From positions 1 through 43,168 of the IMG/VR virus record IMGVR_UViG_3300025103_000048: a stretch of 43,168 bases of DNA, one strand, 5' to 3'. Position 1 is the first letter of the stretch. Every line of letters starts with the position of its first letter. Positions 27,088 through 35,878 of this stretch are shown here, in pieces. Below the pieces are notes generated by a model. That model was given only the letters and a program-made list of their open reading frames with translations. It had not been told where the DNA came from and did not search any database. The translations under genes were made by a program, and so were the position numbers. The stretch is from a virus. Lineage: Duplodnaviria; Caudoviricetes.

Positions 27088-27569
27088 TCGACCCTATTAC
27101 AGCGATATCTGCTGCTACTGCCGCTTATAGTGGTGTAAAGAAACTTGTATATGCCGGGCGAGAACTAGAAGATATAGCTGGACAGCTAGGCAAGTGGTAT
27201 GGAGCTGCTGCTGACTTAAGACGTGCGGAACAACAGCGCAAGAACCCACCTATATTTACTAAGTTATTTTCCTCTGGTTCTGTAGAGCAAGAGGCTTTAG
27301 ATATGATTATCCATACTAAAAAACTAGCCGAACAAGAGAAAGATATTGAGCAACTACTTAACAACCGATTTGGTTATGGTACAGCCAGAGAGATGGTAGA
27401 GTTAAGAAGAAAGATCAAGAAGGAGCGAGAAGAGACACTCTACAAACAACAAGAGCGTAGGGCTGCTTTCTTTGAGACTTTGTTAGTTATAGGTTTAGCT
27501 ATAATGGTGGCTGTAATTCTTGGTGGTGGTACTTGGATAGTAGGTTTAGGAGCAGGTTGGTGGAACTAA
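27084..27569 (+). CDS. membrane-anchored hypothetical protein
   Basis: MIDPITA.. N-terminus, coiled coil, C-terminal TM. Confidence 0.6.
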   Translation: MIDPITAISAATAAYSGVKKLVYAGRELEDIAGQLGKWYGAAADLRRAEQQRKNPPIFTKLFSSGSVEQEALDMIIHTKKLAEQEKDIEQLLNNRFGYGTAREMVELRRKIKKEREETLYKQQERRAAFFETLLVIGLAIMVAVILGGGTWIVGLGAGWWN

Positions 27570-27784
27570 GTTTTAACATAGATAATAGAGTGAACATGCC
27601 TTTCGACACTCACACAAATGTAACCTTTGACCACATTGGCCCTAGAAAAAAGGGTGAAACTCTTAGGCCAGTTGAACCAGCTACTAGGGCAGAGATAAAG
27701 TTAATAAATATGACTTACAACAAGTATGGTAAGAATACAGTGCCAGCCCCAAGTGGTATGCTTATTAATTTTGTTGTGGTATAG
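27560..27784 (+). CDS. hypothetical protein
   Basis: GGAG then in-frame GTG 27560 (alternative ATG 27596). Confidence 0.5.
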   Translation: MELSFNIDNRVNMPFDTHTNVTFDHIGPRKKGETLRPVEPATRAEIKLINMTYNKYGKNTVPAPSGMLINFVVV

Positions 27785-27793
27785 GAGAACTAC

Positions 27794-28033
27794 ATGAGGC
27801 CAGAACTACTAGACGAATGGAAGATAATCCCTAGGGTTATGATGTTGGCTATTACAATACTCTCTTGGAGAGTGGTAGAGTGGTTTATGATGTTACCCGA
27901 CCCCTCAATACAACAGTCAGGCCTAGTCTCAGTTGTACTAGGGGCCTTAACAGGTTGCTTCGCAGTTTGGATGGGTAAAGAGCACCACCCCACTTCCCTC
28001 AAGACTAAAGATACTACAAAGATAGAAAAATGA
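27794..28033 (+). CDS. two-TM membrane protein, holin candidate
   Basis: AGGAG RBS; D.W.IIPR, two hydrophobic segments separated by LPDPS, charged tail. Confidence 0.55.
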   Translation: MRPELLDEWKIIPRVMMLAITILSWRVVEWFMMLPDPSIQQSGLVSVVLGALTGCFAVWMGKEHHPTSLKTKDTTKIEK

Positions 28034-28395
28034 GATGGGTTCTAATCATACCATTCCTGTTGTCAGGTTGCATGGGTTTACCCTCCTTCCTAAATCCCTT
28101 AAGCTCAAGTGGAGGCCCAACAGTTAATGCAAACACCTTGGCAGGTAAGGAAAATACCCAGCAACTGGTCGGTCAACAAAATCAACAGGACGCAGGTAGG
28201 GACATTATTACGATGGAGACCATCAAGGAAGTGGAAGCAGGGCCAGTTGAAGAGATCAAGATTAGCAATACTAACATACCCATATGGGTAATGCTATTAC
28301 TTATACTTGGTTGGTTACTACCTACGCCTACACAGATAGGCCACTGGTTTGGTAATATGTTCTTAAGAGCAACATCTGCCATAAGAAGAAGATGA
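28030..28395 (+). CDS. putative unimolecular spanin
   Basis: Lipobox LSGC (Cys14) plus C-terminal TM IPIWVMLLLILGWLLP and basic end; last gene of lysis cassette. Confidence 0.75.
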   Translation: MRWVLIIPFLLSGCMGLPSFLNPLSSSGGPTVNANTLAGKENTQQLVGQQNQQDAGRDIITMETIKEVEAGPVEEIKISNTNIPIWVMLLLILGWLLPTPTQIGHWFGNMFLRATSAIRRR

Positions 28396-28416
28396 AGAAG
28401 TCCTGCAGACAAACTT

Positions 28417-28455
28417 AAGCCCCTGTATCCTTAGTGGACGCAGGGGCTTTTTTTT
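28417..28455 (+). terminator. intrinsic terminator at the convergence of the two arms
   Basis: AAGCCCCTGTATCC-TTAGT-GGACGCAGGGGC followed by T8. Confidence 0.85.
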
Positions 28456-28687
28456 ACTTACTCACTTCTTCCATTGTCTGGCGCATCTTCTGCATATACC
28501 AATCTGCTTTATCCATATCCTCCTTTGGTTTACCTTTATACCTGTGTCTGTGTTGATACTTGATCATATTCCCTTGGCAGTAGGCTATGAACCCCTCTGC
28601 ACCTAGTACTTGTTTGATGTAGTCAATACACTCTATCTCACCAGTGTTATAGTGGAAGGGTTTTTCTACTGGGTCATACTTTGACAT
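28454..28687 (-). CDS. DUF3310 / SaV-like protein (T7 gp1.7 nucleotide kinase-like)
   Basis: V.KP.HY..G.IECID, GN.IKY..R...KG...ED..KA.WY. Confidence 0.85.
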   Translation of the reverse strand: MSKYDPVEKPFHYNTGEIECIDYIKQVLGAEGFIAYCQGNMIKYQHRHRYKGKPKEDMDKADWYMQKMRQTMEEVSK

Positions 28688-30592
28688 CTACGCTCCTATA
28701 TCTACAATTTCACATACATCTCCAGAACAAGCCATAGTTTGCATACCTACGGTGTTATCTTCTTTCTCATAACTAGATAGGTCGGCCCAATTAATCTTGC
28801 TAGGCATAAGGGACAATAAACTATTATAGTCGTTCTTGCCAACCTCTTGATAGGGTGCTTGCTGATATGTGTGCTCATTGTATGGCAGGAAGGACACACC
28901 TGACATCTCATCAAAGTGTTTGTACACAAATGCACCTACCTCAAACCACTCACCCTTACGAACATTTACAGTGATGCTTGGTTTATGCTCACACCAAAAT
29001 CTTTGATAGGTCAACCAAGTCTCAAGCTGTTCGATAGCTGATAAGTCATTAGTTACTACAGCACCTTTAGGAGACTTAACAGGAAAACTGAATACTGTAG
29101 TGGCATCAGGTTTCATAACATCAGGTTCACTAGGTATGCCTTGATCTTTCATGAATGTAGTAAGTGGGTCTTTGTTGTCTCCCCTAACTGTCCTAATATA
29201 GTAGTCTGAATGACGAGCGTGTATTCCAGAACTGCTGTCAACCAATTGTGAAACTGTTCCACTTGGCTTGACGCAAGTTATAGCAGCACTAGGCTCAATA
29301 CCAAGGCGGTCTGCCCACTCAGCATTAGTCTCTACAGCAACTTTACGAAGATGTTCAAGTGTCTTATCTAACCCCTTATTAGCTGCAGTCATAAGCTTAT
29401 TATCCATTATCCCTGTGAGAGACACACCGAGCAGTCGTTCTTCTTCTGTATTACGCTGCCACACCTTTCGCAGGTAAGGGAACTTTGTGTATGTGCTTTG
29501 GATCGTCCCAAGTATTGTGGCGAGTCGGACTTTCCTAGCCAGTTCTTCCAACGTGTCTGTGGCTCGTACCACAACTTCCGTAAGATTACAGAATTGGTTT
29601 TGGCGCAAGATAATTTCACTACACGGATTAGTCCCGAACTCATGGTTAGGGTCGCGTCTACCATATTTTTCAGCTTGCTTCTTACTTGCCTCACGATTGA
29701 AAATACCACGTTCTCCACTCCCACTTTCCACTAGTGCCATCCACTCACGCATAAATGAAATAGCATCTGGTTTCTCTGTATAGCTAACTGAGTTGTTAGC
29801 CAATGCACGTTGTGGATCATTCTCCCACCAAGCGCCTGACTTAGCATGGCGCATACGATCATCACTCAAGTTGCTCAAGGAAATCATAGCTGACCTACGG
29901 ACACCACCGACTACAACCACCTCACCAATCTTGCACATGATATCATGACACTCAATAGAAGATAGTTTACGACCCTGGGCATCTTTAAACACACGGATAA
30001 CAAAGTTAAACAAATCAACTAAGGGTGCAGGTCCGCTTGCTCTACCACCGAATGTTTTAAGTCTTGCGCCTGCAGGACGAACCTTAGATATATCCCACTT
30101 AGGAATTTCACCACTATAGAGGAGTGCAATCAATTGTCTAAGAGCTTTAGCCCAACCTTCCTTACTGTCCCTGACACCAATGGAAGTATCACTATCGTAG
30201 AGGTCGGGGATTTCGGGGAGCCTACTGATGAATTGCCGTTCAACAGAGAAACCAACACCAGTACCACACAAGAGGATGAACATAGCCTCATCGAAGGACT
30301 TAGGGTCATCTACGGCTAAGTAACTACAGTTATACATGCACGTATTGTCACGGTTAGCTGCAGGTCCAGCAGTCATGACAGAACGCATAGAAGGCATAAC
30401 TTGTAGGTTAAGAATACTTTCTTCGATATCCTTTGCTGTAAACTCGTCTATGTTAGGGCTAACTATATTAGCCATGTAACGTGATACAGTCTCAGCCCAA
30501 CTTTCTCTACGGCCCTCTTCATCAAGCCATCGTGCATAGCGTGAGGTGTGGATAAACTTTTGGTAGTCTGTGGGTAAGTAATTATCTGTCAT
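28688..30592 (-). CDS. nrdJ: class II adenosylcobalamin-dependent ribonucleotide reductase
   Basis: YNC, GTNPCSEI, FCNLTE, TCVKPSGTVSQL, EHKPS and C-terminal ACSGDVC; no NrdB/NrdG partner. Confidence 0.93.
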   Translation of the reverse strand: MTDNYLPTDYQKFIHTSRYARWLDEEGRRESWAETVSRYMANIVSPNIDEFTAKDIEESILNLQVMPSMRSVMTAGPAANRDNTCMYNCSYLAVDDPKSFDEAMFILLCGTGVGFSVERQFISRLPEIPDLYDSDTSIGVRDSKEGWAKALRQLIALLYSGEIPKWDISKVRPAGARLKTFGGRASGPAPLVDLFNFVIRVFKDAQGRKLSSIECHDIMCKIGEVVVVGGVRRSAMISLSNLSDDRMRHAKSGAWWENDPQRALANNSVSYTEKPDAISFMREWMALVESGSGERGIFNREASKKQAEKYGRRDPNHEFGTNPCSEIILRQNQFCNLTEVVVRATDTLEELARKVRLATILGTIQSTYTKFPYLRKVWQRNTEEERLLGVSLTGIMDNKLMTAANKGLDKTLEHLRKVAVETNAEWADRLGIEPSAAITCVKPSGTVSQLVDSSSGIHARHSDYYIRTVRGDNKDPLTTFMKDQGIPSEPDVMKPDATTVFSFPVKSPKGAVVTNDLSAIEQLETWLTYQRFWCEHKPSITVNVRKGEWFEVGAFVYKHFDEMSGVSFLPYNEHTYQQAPYQEVGKNDYNSLLSLMPSKINWADLSSYEKEDNTVGMQTMACSGDVCEIVDIGA

Positions 30593-30771
30593 TGATTCCC
30601 TCTTCCTCGCATTGTCTTATCTTCTTCCAACCAAACTAATCGGTCTATATCAGCTCTGGAGATTCCTATATCATTCAGCTCTCTGTCTGTTAACCTGTTT
30701 AGTAGCTTAATAGCTTCACGGTGTTTTCTCCATGTAGCTAAGTACTTTAGGTATCGTCTAATCCAACTCAT
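30589..30771 (-). CDS. DUF1127 (YjiS-like) small protein
   Basis: WR..R.....L.RL.DREL.DIGISRADI signature. Confidence 0.85.
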   Translation of the reverse strand: MSWIRRYLKYLATWRKHREAIKLLNRLTDRELNDIGISRADIDRLVWLEEDKTMRGRGNQ

Positions 30772-31130
30772 CGTTTATCACCACTGCCATTAAGAGAGTT
30801 TCTTCGTTTCCTGTCATTTAGCTTGTCTAAGTTATCATGTGCCACTTCAGCTAAGTTAATGTTTAGGTCTCTGCACAAAGCTGCCATGTACCAAAGGCAA
30901 TCACCTATTTCATCTGAGATGCCCTCTCTATCTAGCTTGCCATCACGTATGACTTTCTTAACCTTGTTGGCTACCTCTCCTGCCTCTCCTGCTAGTCCTA
31001 GGGCAGGGTATAAGATACTAGCCCCTGCAGGGTAGATTGCAGTCTTAGCTGAAGCCTTCTGATAATCTGCTAAAGTTAAGTCTAGCTTGTTGTAGTACTC
31101 GAAAGCATCTATATCATCTTGAGTAATCAT
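30768..31130 (-). CDS. mazG: MazG-like nucleotide pyrophosphohydrolase
   Basis: LGLAGEAGEVANKVKK...DEIGDCLWY...N..KL..R. Confidence 0.88.
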   Translation of the reverse strand: MITQDDIDAFEYYNKLDLTLADYQKASAKTAIYPAGASILYPALGLAGEAGEVANKVKKVIRDGKLDREGISDEIGDCLWYMAALCRDLNINLAEVAHDNLDKLNDRKRRNSLNGSGDKR

Positions 31131-31900
31131 CCATATAACTCCTTAAGTCTCTTCATTGATACAAACTCTGGCTCATATACACCATTGTCTATTTCTCTTT
31201 TTACTACACAGCCTTTCCACCAGTCGTTGTTAGCTTGTCCTGCCCAAGCTTCCTCTGCCCCTTTGTAGCACCCTGCCACCATGCCAATAATCCCATTAGG
31301 GTGTGCACCATCTTTAAAATAGATACTACGCTTATGGCTATGACCACAAGTAGAACTGTGGTTTCTGTTGTTGAGTAGTGTATAAGCATGATGAGTGCCA
31401 GACATAGCTGTGCCGTAGTTACCAGAAGAAAAGTAATGAGCGTATGAAACACCATCATAATCAACGATTGAGGGGGCTGAATTAGTATATTCATGGTAGT
31501 CATCAAACCACTTGTCTGTTTGTAAGTGGTTGAACGAGATGCCGTACTGCTCTCCTTGTAACCTTGGGTCATGAGCTAAGGCTCTCCTAATTCTATTTTC
31601 GTGGTTTCCTTCAAACCCTATCCAGTAAGGACGCTTATACTTCCTTTGACTTGGTTTATACCTAAGTCTGTCCATAGCTTCGTTGTAGCAGTTTATGTCC
31701 TCTTCATAGTTCTGACTAACGACAGCCTCTGGGTAGCGAGTATCATAAGTATTAAGGGAGCGCATATCTGCACCGTCACCAAGATCAACAATATAAGTGG
31801 GATTAACCTCATAGATAAGTTCTCCTAACCAATCAAATCTTTCGTTTCCTGTAGAAGGGTCAGCATGACCACAAGAAAAAACAACAGCAGTCTTACCCAT
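31127..31900 (-). CDS. calcineurin-like metallophosphoesterase
   Basis: LGD..D, GNHE, H, GHSH motifs (first motif atypical SCGH); ATG 31900 after AAAGGA. Confidence 0.82.
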   Translation of the reverse strand: MGKTAVVFSCGHADPSTGNERFDWLGELIYEVNPTYIVDLGDGADMRSLNTYDTRYPEAVVSQNYEEDINCYNEAMDRLRYKPSQRKYKRPYWIGFEGNHENRIRRALAHDPRLQGEQYGISFNHLQTDKWFDDYHEYTNSAPSIVDYDGVSYAHYFSSGNYGTAMSGTHHAYTLLNNRNHSSTCGHSHKRSIYFKDGAHPNGIIGMVAGCYKGAEEAWAGQANNDWWKGCVVKREIDNGVYEPEFVSMKRLKELYG

Positions 31901-32141
31901 GATAGAAGTCCTTTCTCTCCTCAAACTCTAGCACTTGTGGTTCTATAGATACCTTAAAGTGGTTCTTAAACTTGTAAGCCGATTTAAAAGAAGTGAAGGG
32001 TATTTCATCATCAAACATTGCTTTGCTTGGGTCGGGTTCTGTAGCATCCTCTACTCTACACAACAACCAGTAGTTTCCATAAGCATCTTCCATCGGGCCA
32101 TCTAAAACTTGATGAACTAAGAACTTTACTTTTTTAGCCAT
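31893..32141 (-). CDS. hypothetical protein
   Basis: AAGGA RBS; overlaps both neighbours. Confidence 0.65.
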   Translation of the reverse strand: MAKKVKFLVHQVLDGPMEDAYGNYWLLCRVEDATEPDPSKAMFDDEIPFTSFKSAYKFKNHFKVSIEPQVLEFEERKDFYHG

Positions 32142-32524
32142 TCGTCGGGTATCCTTTTATCTGCATACATAAAACCGTGCTTCGTGCACCAGTCTGCATA
32201 AGTTGACTTAGCACCTTTGTAGAGCTTGCTGTTAGAGTTGCTGAACACAAACCTTATGTCTAACTCTGGGTGTTGCTCTTTTACTTTTAGGTGCTTTTTT
32301 CTATCGGCGGCTACAAACCTTCCCTTAGATTCGATGATTACACCATTAGGTAGAATAAAGTCAGGTGTATAAGTTTTGTCCTCTACTAACTTCCACCTGA
32401 CCTTAATACTTTCATAACCAAACTTAACTTTTCTTTGAGATAAGTCCTTTGCTATGTCATCTTCTAAGCCTGATCTGTATCCTCTCTTTAAGGCTTGTTG
32501 TCTTCGCTTGCTGGTGGTTCCCAT
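32126..32524 (-). CDS. endonuclease I / Holliday junction resolvase (T7 gp3-like)
   Basis: YRSGLE, YTPDF.LPNG.IIESKG.F...DR.KH, LDIRFVF, Y.DWC.K.GF. Confidence 0.92.
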   Translation of the reverse strand: MGTTSKRRQQALKRGYRSGLEDDIAKDLSQRKVKFGYESIKVRWKLVEDKTYTPDFILPNGVIIESKGRFVAADRKKHLKVKEQHPELDIRFVFSNSNSKLYKGAKSTYADWCTKHGFMYADKRIPDEWLKK

Positions 32525-33204
32525 AGCTCTCCTTCCTTTCTTCTTAGCCATAGGAGTCTTCCATTCTCCACTACACGTTCCTTATTTCCATCGTAGGCCT
32601 TAAGGCAGGTTTCCCACAAGTCTACTTCAGTGTTACAATCTTTTAACATCTTAGCTGCAGTCTTTGGGCCAACTCTGTACAACCCTATTATATTGTCTGT
32701 AGTGTCTCCAGTTAAGATTTGAGTGTAGAAATGTTTGAGTCCTTCCCAATCACTTACTTGATCCCACTCCCACCTAAATATATTAAAGTGGTAGCAAGGT
32801 ATCTGTAGCATATCCTTGTCCACAGAGGCTACAATAGTGCTTGGGCCTAGTTTTGTAGCTTCCTTAGCTATGAGGTCATCAGCTTCCTCTCCTTCACTGG
32901 TGACAGCCCCATAACTAATAGTAAGCCAGTCTCTTGCAAGGTCAAGCTCTCTTGGTTTTTCCTTACCTTTCCTGTTAGCTTTATACCCTGCTGTCTTTGC
33001 TACATCATACCTAAAGTTGCCTTTACCTGTCAGGTAAACTTGGTAGTCATCCTTAGTAAAAGGGAAGATACAAGTCTCATCCAAGATATCAGACATAAGT
33101 TTATCTACCTTGAATATGACATCCTCTGGAAGGTCTTTCTCCTTAGAAAAAGCACATCTATAAGCAATGATATCACCATCTACAAGTACCTTCCCTCCTT
33201 TCAT
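32488..33204 (-). CDS. 5'-3' exonuclease (T7 gp6-like)
   Basis: DGD..AY, NFR, YK.NR, EADD, DKD..Q, GD..DNI.G...VG. Confidence 0.9.
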   Translation of the reverse strand: MKGGKVLVDGDIIAYRCAFSKEKDLPEDVIFKVDKLMSDILDETCIFPFTKDDYQVYLTGKGNFRYDVAKTAGYKANRKGKEKPRELDLARDWLTISYGAVTSEGEEADDLIAKEATKLGPSTIVASVDKDMLQIPCYHFNIFRWEWDQVSDWEGLKHFYTQILTGDTTDNIIGLYRVGPKTAAKMLKDCNTEVDLWETCLKAYDGNKERVVENGRLLWLRRKEGELWEPPASEDNKP

Positions 33205-33401
33205 CAGAACTCACTCCACATCATAGTACCGTCTTCTACCTCGAAAGCGGTGGAGTTAATCTGAAATCCTGCTCCCTTTGTGGCATCATCTACTTGATGT
33301 AACCAATCTTGCAACAAGTACACATTGGGTCGGGAAAAGGTGGTTATACTTTCATAACCATCCTCATCCACAGAAGCTTCAAAAGTTATTGTTACTTTCA
33401 T
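33204..33401 (-). CDS. hypothetical protein
   Basis: 65 aa coupled ORF. Confidence 0.6.
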   Translation of the reverse strand: MKVTITFEASVDEDGYESITTFSRPNVYLLQDWLHQVDDATKGAGFQINSTAFEVEDGTMMWSEF

Positions 33402-33404
33402 GAG

Positions 33405-33947
33405 CTACACCGCAAACAATACATCATCTTCTGATGGTGCATCATCCCAGACAACATGCTCTGTAACACCAACATTTAGAAGTCGGACTCCTAGGCCGCT
33501 AGAGTAAGTTTCAAACTGTACTTTAGCTTTAGTTCCATTACCTAGTGAACCATCTTCACTAAAGCTCCACAACCGTTTATTCTCTGGTCCTTTAGTCAAA
33601 TCAACAATTCCCGGAGCACCCCCATAGTCTTTCTCAAAGGGTTTTCCATCTCTTCCTGTAAAGGTTTTAACGTCCTTTATCATGCGTTTTATCTTCATGA
33701 ACTTACCAATACCGTAAGACTCATCTCCATCTATGATACGATCACTCTTCATTGGCTTGGGGTCTAAACCATCAGCTAAGAGGTTCTCAATTTGATCTGC
33801 ATCAGTAAAGTAAGCATTAACGATATACTGACCCCCTTTCTCATGAATGTTTTTCTGTACACGGTTTCCTTTAGGGTCTCCTAAGTCTGCATTCTCAGGG
33901 AAGACTTTAGCGTATTGAAGTACCATATCCATTGTGTATCTAGCCAT
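33405..33947 (-). CDS. putative single-stranded DNA-binding protein
   Basis: YAKVF, LGNGT.A.V, L..VGV motifs; acidic tail ending in hydrophobic residues; position in replisome. Confidence 0.6.
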   Translation of the reverse strand: MARYTMDMVLQYAKVFPENADLGDPKGNRVQKNIHEKGGQYIVNAYFTDADQIENLLADGLDPKPMKSDRIIDGDESYGIGKFMKIKRMIKDVKTFTGRDGKPFEKDYGGAPGIVDLTKGPENKRLWSFSEDGSLGNGTKAKVQFETYSSGLGVRLLNVGVTEHVVWDDAPSEDDVLFAV

Positions 33948-33979
33948 ATGTCGGGTTCCTTTCCTTTAGGGCTGTATTA

Positions 33980-34012
33980 TATAGTAGGCACCCAAGAGAG
34001 ATTTTAACAACC
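33980..34012 (-). promoter_or_regulatory. putative phage promoter, copy 1 (upstream of SSB)
   Basis: GGTTGTTAAA-N7-TTGGGTGCCTACTATA on - strand; 28/33 identical to 37511-37543. Confidence 0.75.
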
Positions 34013-34036
34013 ACTTTGGGTATTTTTATTAATACT

Positions 34037-35878
34037 TTAGTGTATTTCAGCATAACTGTTGCCGAATTGCACATCTGTACCAAGAGGTACGTTTAGCTGT
34101 AGTTTCTCGTTAAGAGAGTCTGCAGCTTTTTTCATTTTATCAACTATCTTTTGCTCTTCTCCTTTCTCCACTAGGGCTATAATCTCATCATGAAACTGGC
34201 CTATAGTCTTTATGCCAGACTTCCTACACAAGGCTACCCAAGTATCAAAACAGAACACTCCTGTGCCTTGGTTGAGTGTAGAAAATTTATCTTTGTCACT
34301 TCTTAAACTGTACCAAAACTTTGATACTGGATTCCACAGCCACAGACTGTCCAAGACTTCTTTTGTCTTAGTCTCAGAAGCTACCTTCTCAACTGACCAG
34401 TTCCTTGACCAGAAAGAGTCCAACAAAGTCTTAGCTTCTTTACGGCTCATCCCAGTCTCTCTGGACAGTTTAGGTGCGCCTACACCATAGGTGGCAGAGT
34501 AGTTTACAGCTTTGTAATTCTTACGGAGGGCTGTTAGTTTCCTCTCTCCTGAGTTGTGCTTATCAATGTCGTCTTGAGTGATCATCCCTGCGTGTTTAGC
34601 AAGGTCGAGATGTGGGTCAAAACCCTCTTTATTCATCTCCTCTACATAGTCGGGGTCAAGGGGTTTCATGTAGTGGCGTTTAGTTGTATCCTCTAAGCTA
34701 GTCATATCAGCACCACACAAAACATGACCCTCTGGTGCAATAAGACAGTCCCTTATTTCCTTTCCATAGGGTTTATCCACTGATGGCAAGTTGACAAGAG
34801 GTTTTGCATGTCGGAATCTAAGTGTGTTTGTGAAACCTTGAACAGAGGCTTGCACGTATCCATCACACTCTGAGTTAACCATTGCCTTGAGGACTGAAAT
34901 ACGATGCTGAAGAACAGACAGGCCATCATAATAAATAATAGCTTGTTCCTTATTGACCAACTCTCGAACTGATGAGCACAGTTCACCATCTTTTCTAGTT
35001 TGTGGGATACTTTTTTCATCACCTGTTACCTTGTTCTTAGTAAACTTAAATGTCTTTGGAACCCAACCCAAGCTATACAACCAAGACTTAATTTGCTCAG
35101 GTGCGTTAGGATTGGCTTTGTTCTTACTGTGAACAACTCTCATACTTACTGTAGTCTCTGGGACTTTATACTCCCTACACAAGTCTATCCACTTCTGACC
35201 TGCTACAGAGATATCCCCACTCTTTAGGTACATGCGGTCATGACTAGGCTTCTCTACTGTCTTATACTTAATCACTGGTGGCATAGCATCTGCCAAGGCT
35301 TCAGCCTTACTCCTAAACAGGTCAGACCACTCCTCTAAATACTTGTCTGCTTTAGCCACATCCAATTTCCACTGGAGGGACTCTTGCTCTGCAGCACACT
35401 CTAGCTTGAATGTAAGATAATCACAGAACCGCTCCTTTTCCACTGGAGAGGGGTACAAGCGACTTAGCTTATAGTCTAAATCTTTCCACAGGCGGCAGTT
35501 GATCTTTACATCTTCGTCACAACGGTGTGCATATTCCTCTGGTGTAAGGCCTTTCCAATCCTCTATCTCAGGTTTCTCTATACCATAGTCCTCACCATAG
35601 AATTTCAAACCATGTCTTGCACGGTCATGATCCAAGTACCAAGCAAGTCCTAGAGTATCCACTAGCCTAGCAGTGACTTTTATACCTAGCACATTTTCCA
35701 CTGCAGGGATATCAAAGCGCACTATGTTATGTCCAACCAAGACTTCTGCCTCAGTAAAGAACTTACGCATGACATCATAGTCATGGGTGTTGTGGATTTC
35801 TTTTCCATCGGTAGACCACGACAATACGTGTATCTTTGTAGAGTCCAGTCCATCAGTTTCTATATCAAATACTGGCAT
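34037..35878 (-). CDS. polA: DNA polymerase family A with 3'-5' exonuclease
   Basis: Exo DIET, GHN...FD, RCDEDV; motif A GADMTSLE, motif B R...K..NY...YG, motif C FHDE. Confidence 0.95.
   Translation of the reverse strand: MPVFDIETDGLDSTKIHVLSWSTDGKEIHNTHDYDVMRKFFTEAEVLVGHNIVRFDIPAVENVLGIKVTARLVDTLGLAWYLDHDRARHGLKFYGEDYGIEKPEIEDWKGLTPEEYAHRCDEDVKINCRLWKDLDYKLSRLYPSPVEKERFCDYLTFKLECAAEQESLQWKLDVAKADKYLEEWSDLFRSKAEALADAMPPVIKYKTVEKPSHDRMYLKSGDISVAGQKWIDLCREYKVPETTVSMRVVHSKNKANPNAPEQIKSWLYSLGWVPKTFKFTKNKVTGDEKSIPQTRKDGELCSSVRELVNKEQAIIYYDGLSVLQHRISVLKAMVNSECDGYVQASVQGFTNTLRFRHAKPLVNLPSVDKPYGKEIRDCLIAPEGHVLCGADMTSLEDTTKRHYMKPLDPDYVEEMNKEGFDPHLDLAKHAGMITQDDIDKHNSGERKLTALRKNYKAVNYSATYGVGAPKLSRETGMSRKEAKTLLDSFWSRNWSVEKVASETKTKEVLDSLWLWNPVSKFWYSLRSDKDKFSTLNQGTGVFCFDTWVALCRKSGIKTIGQFHDEIIALVEKGEEQKIVDKMKKAADSLNEKLQLNVPLGTDVQFGNSYAEIH

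Noticed and set aside
31107-34585. Identical octapeptide MITQDDID at the MazG N-terminus (31107-31130) and inside Pol A (34562-34585)
   Set aside because: The codons differ and T-Q-D-D-I-D is a common helix-capping pattern; probably chance.
28454-35878. Z-base or other hypermodified-DNA pathway
   Set aside because: No PurZ, queuosine-pathway or glycosyltransferase genes in the window; MazG-like alone is insufficient.
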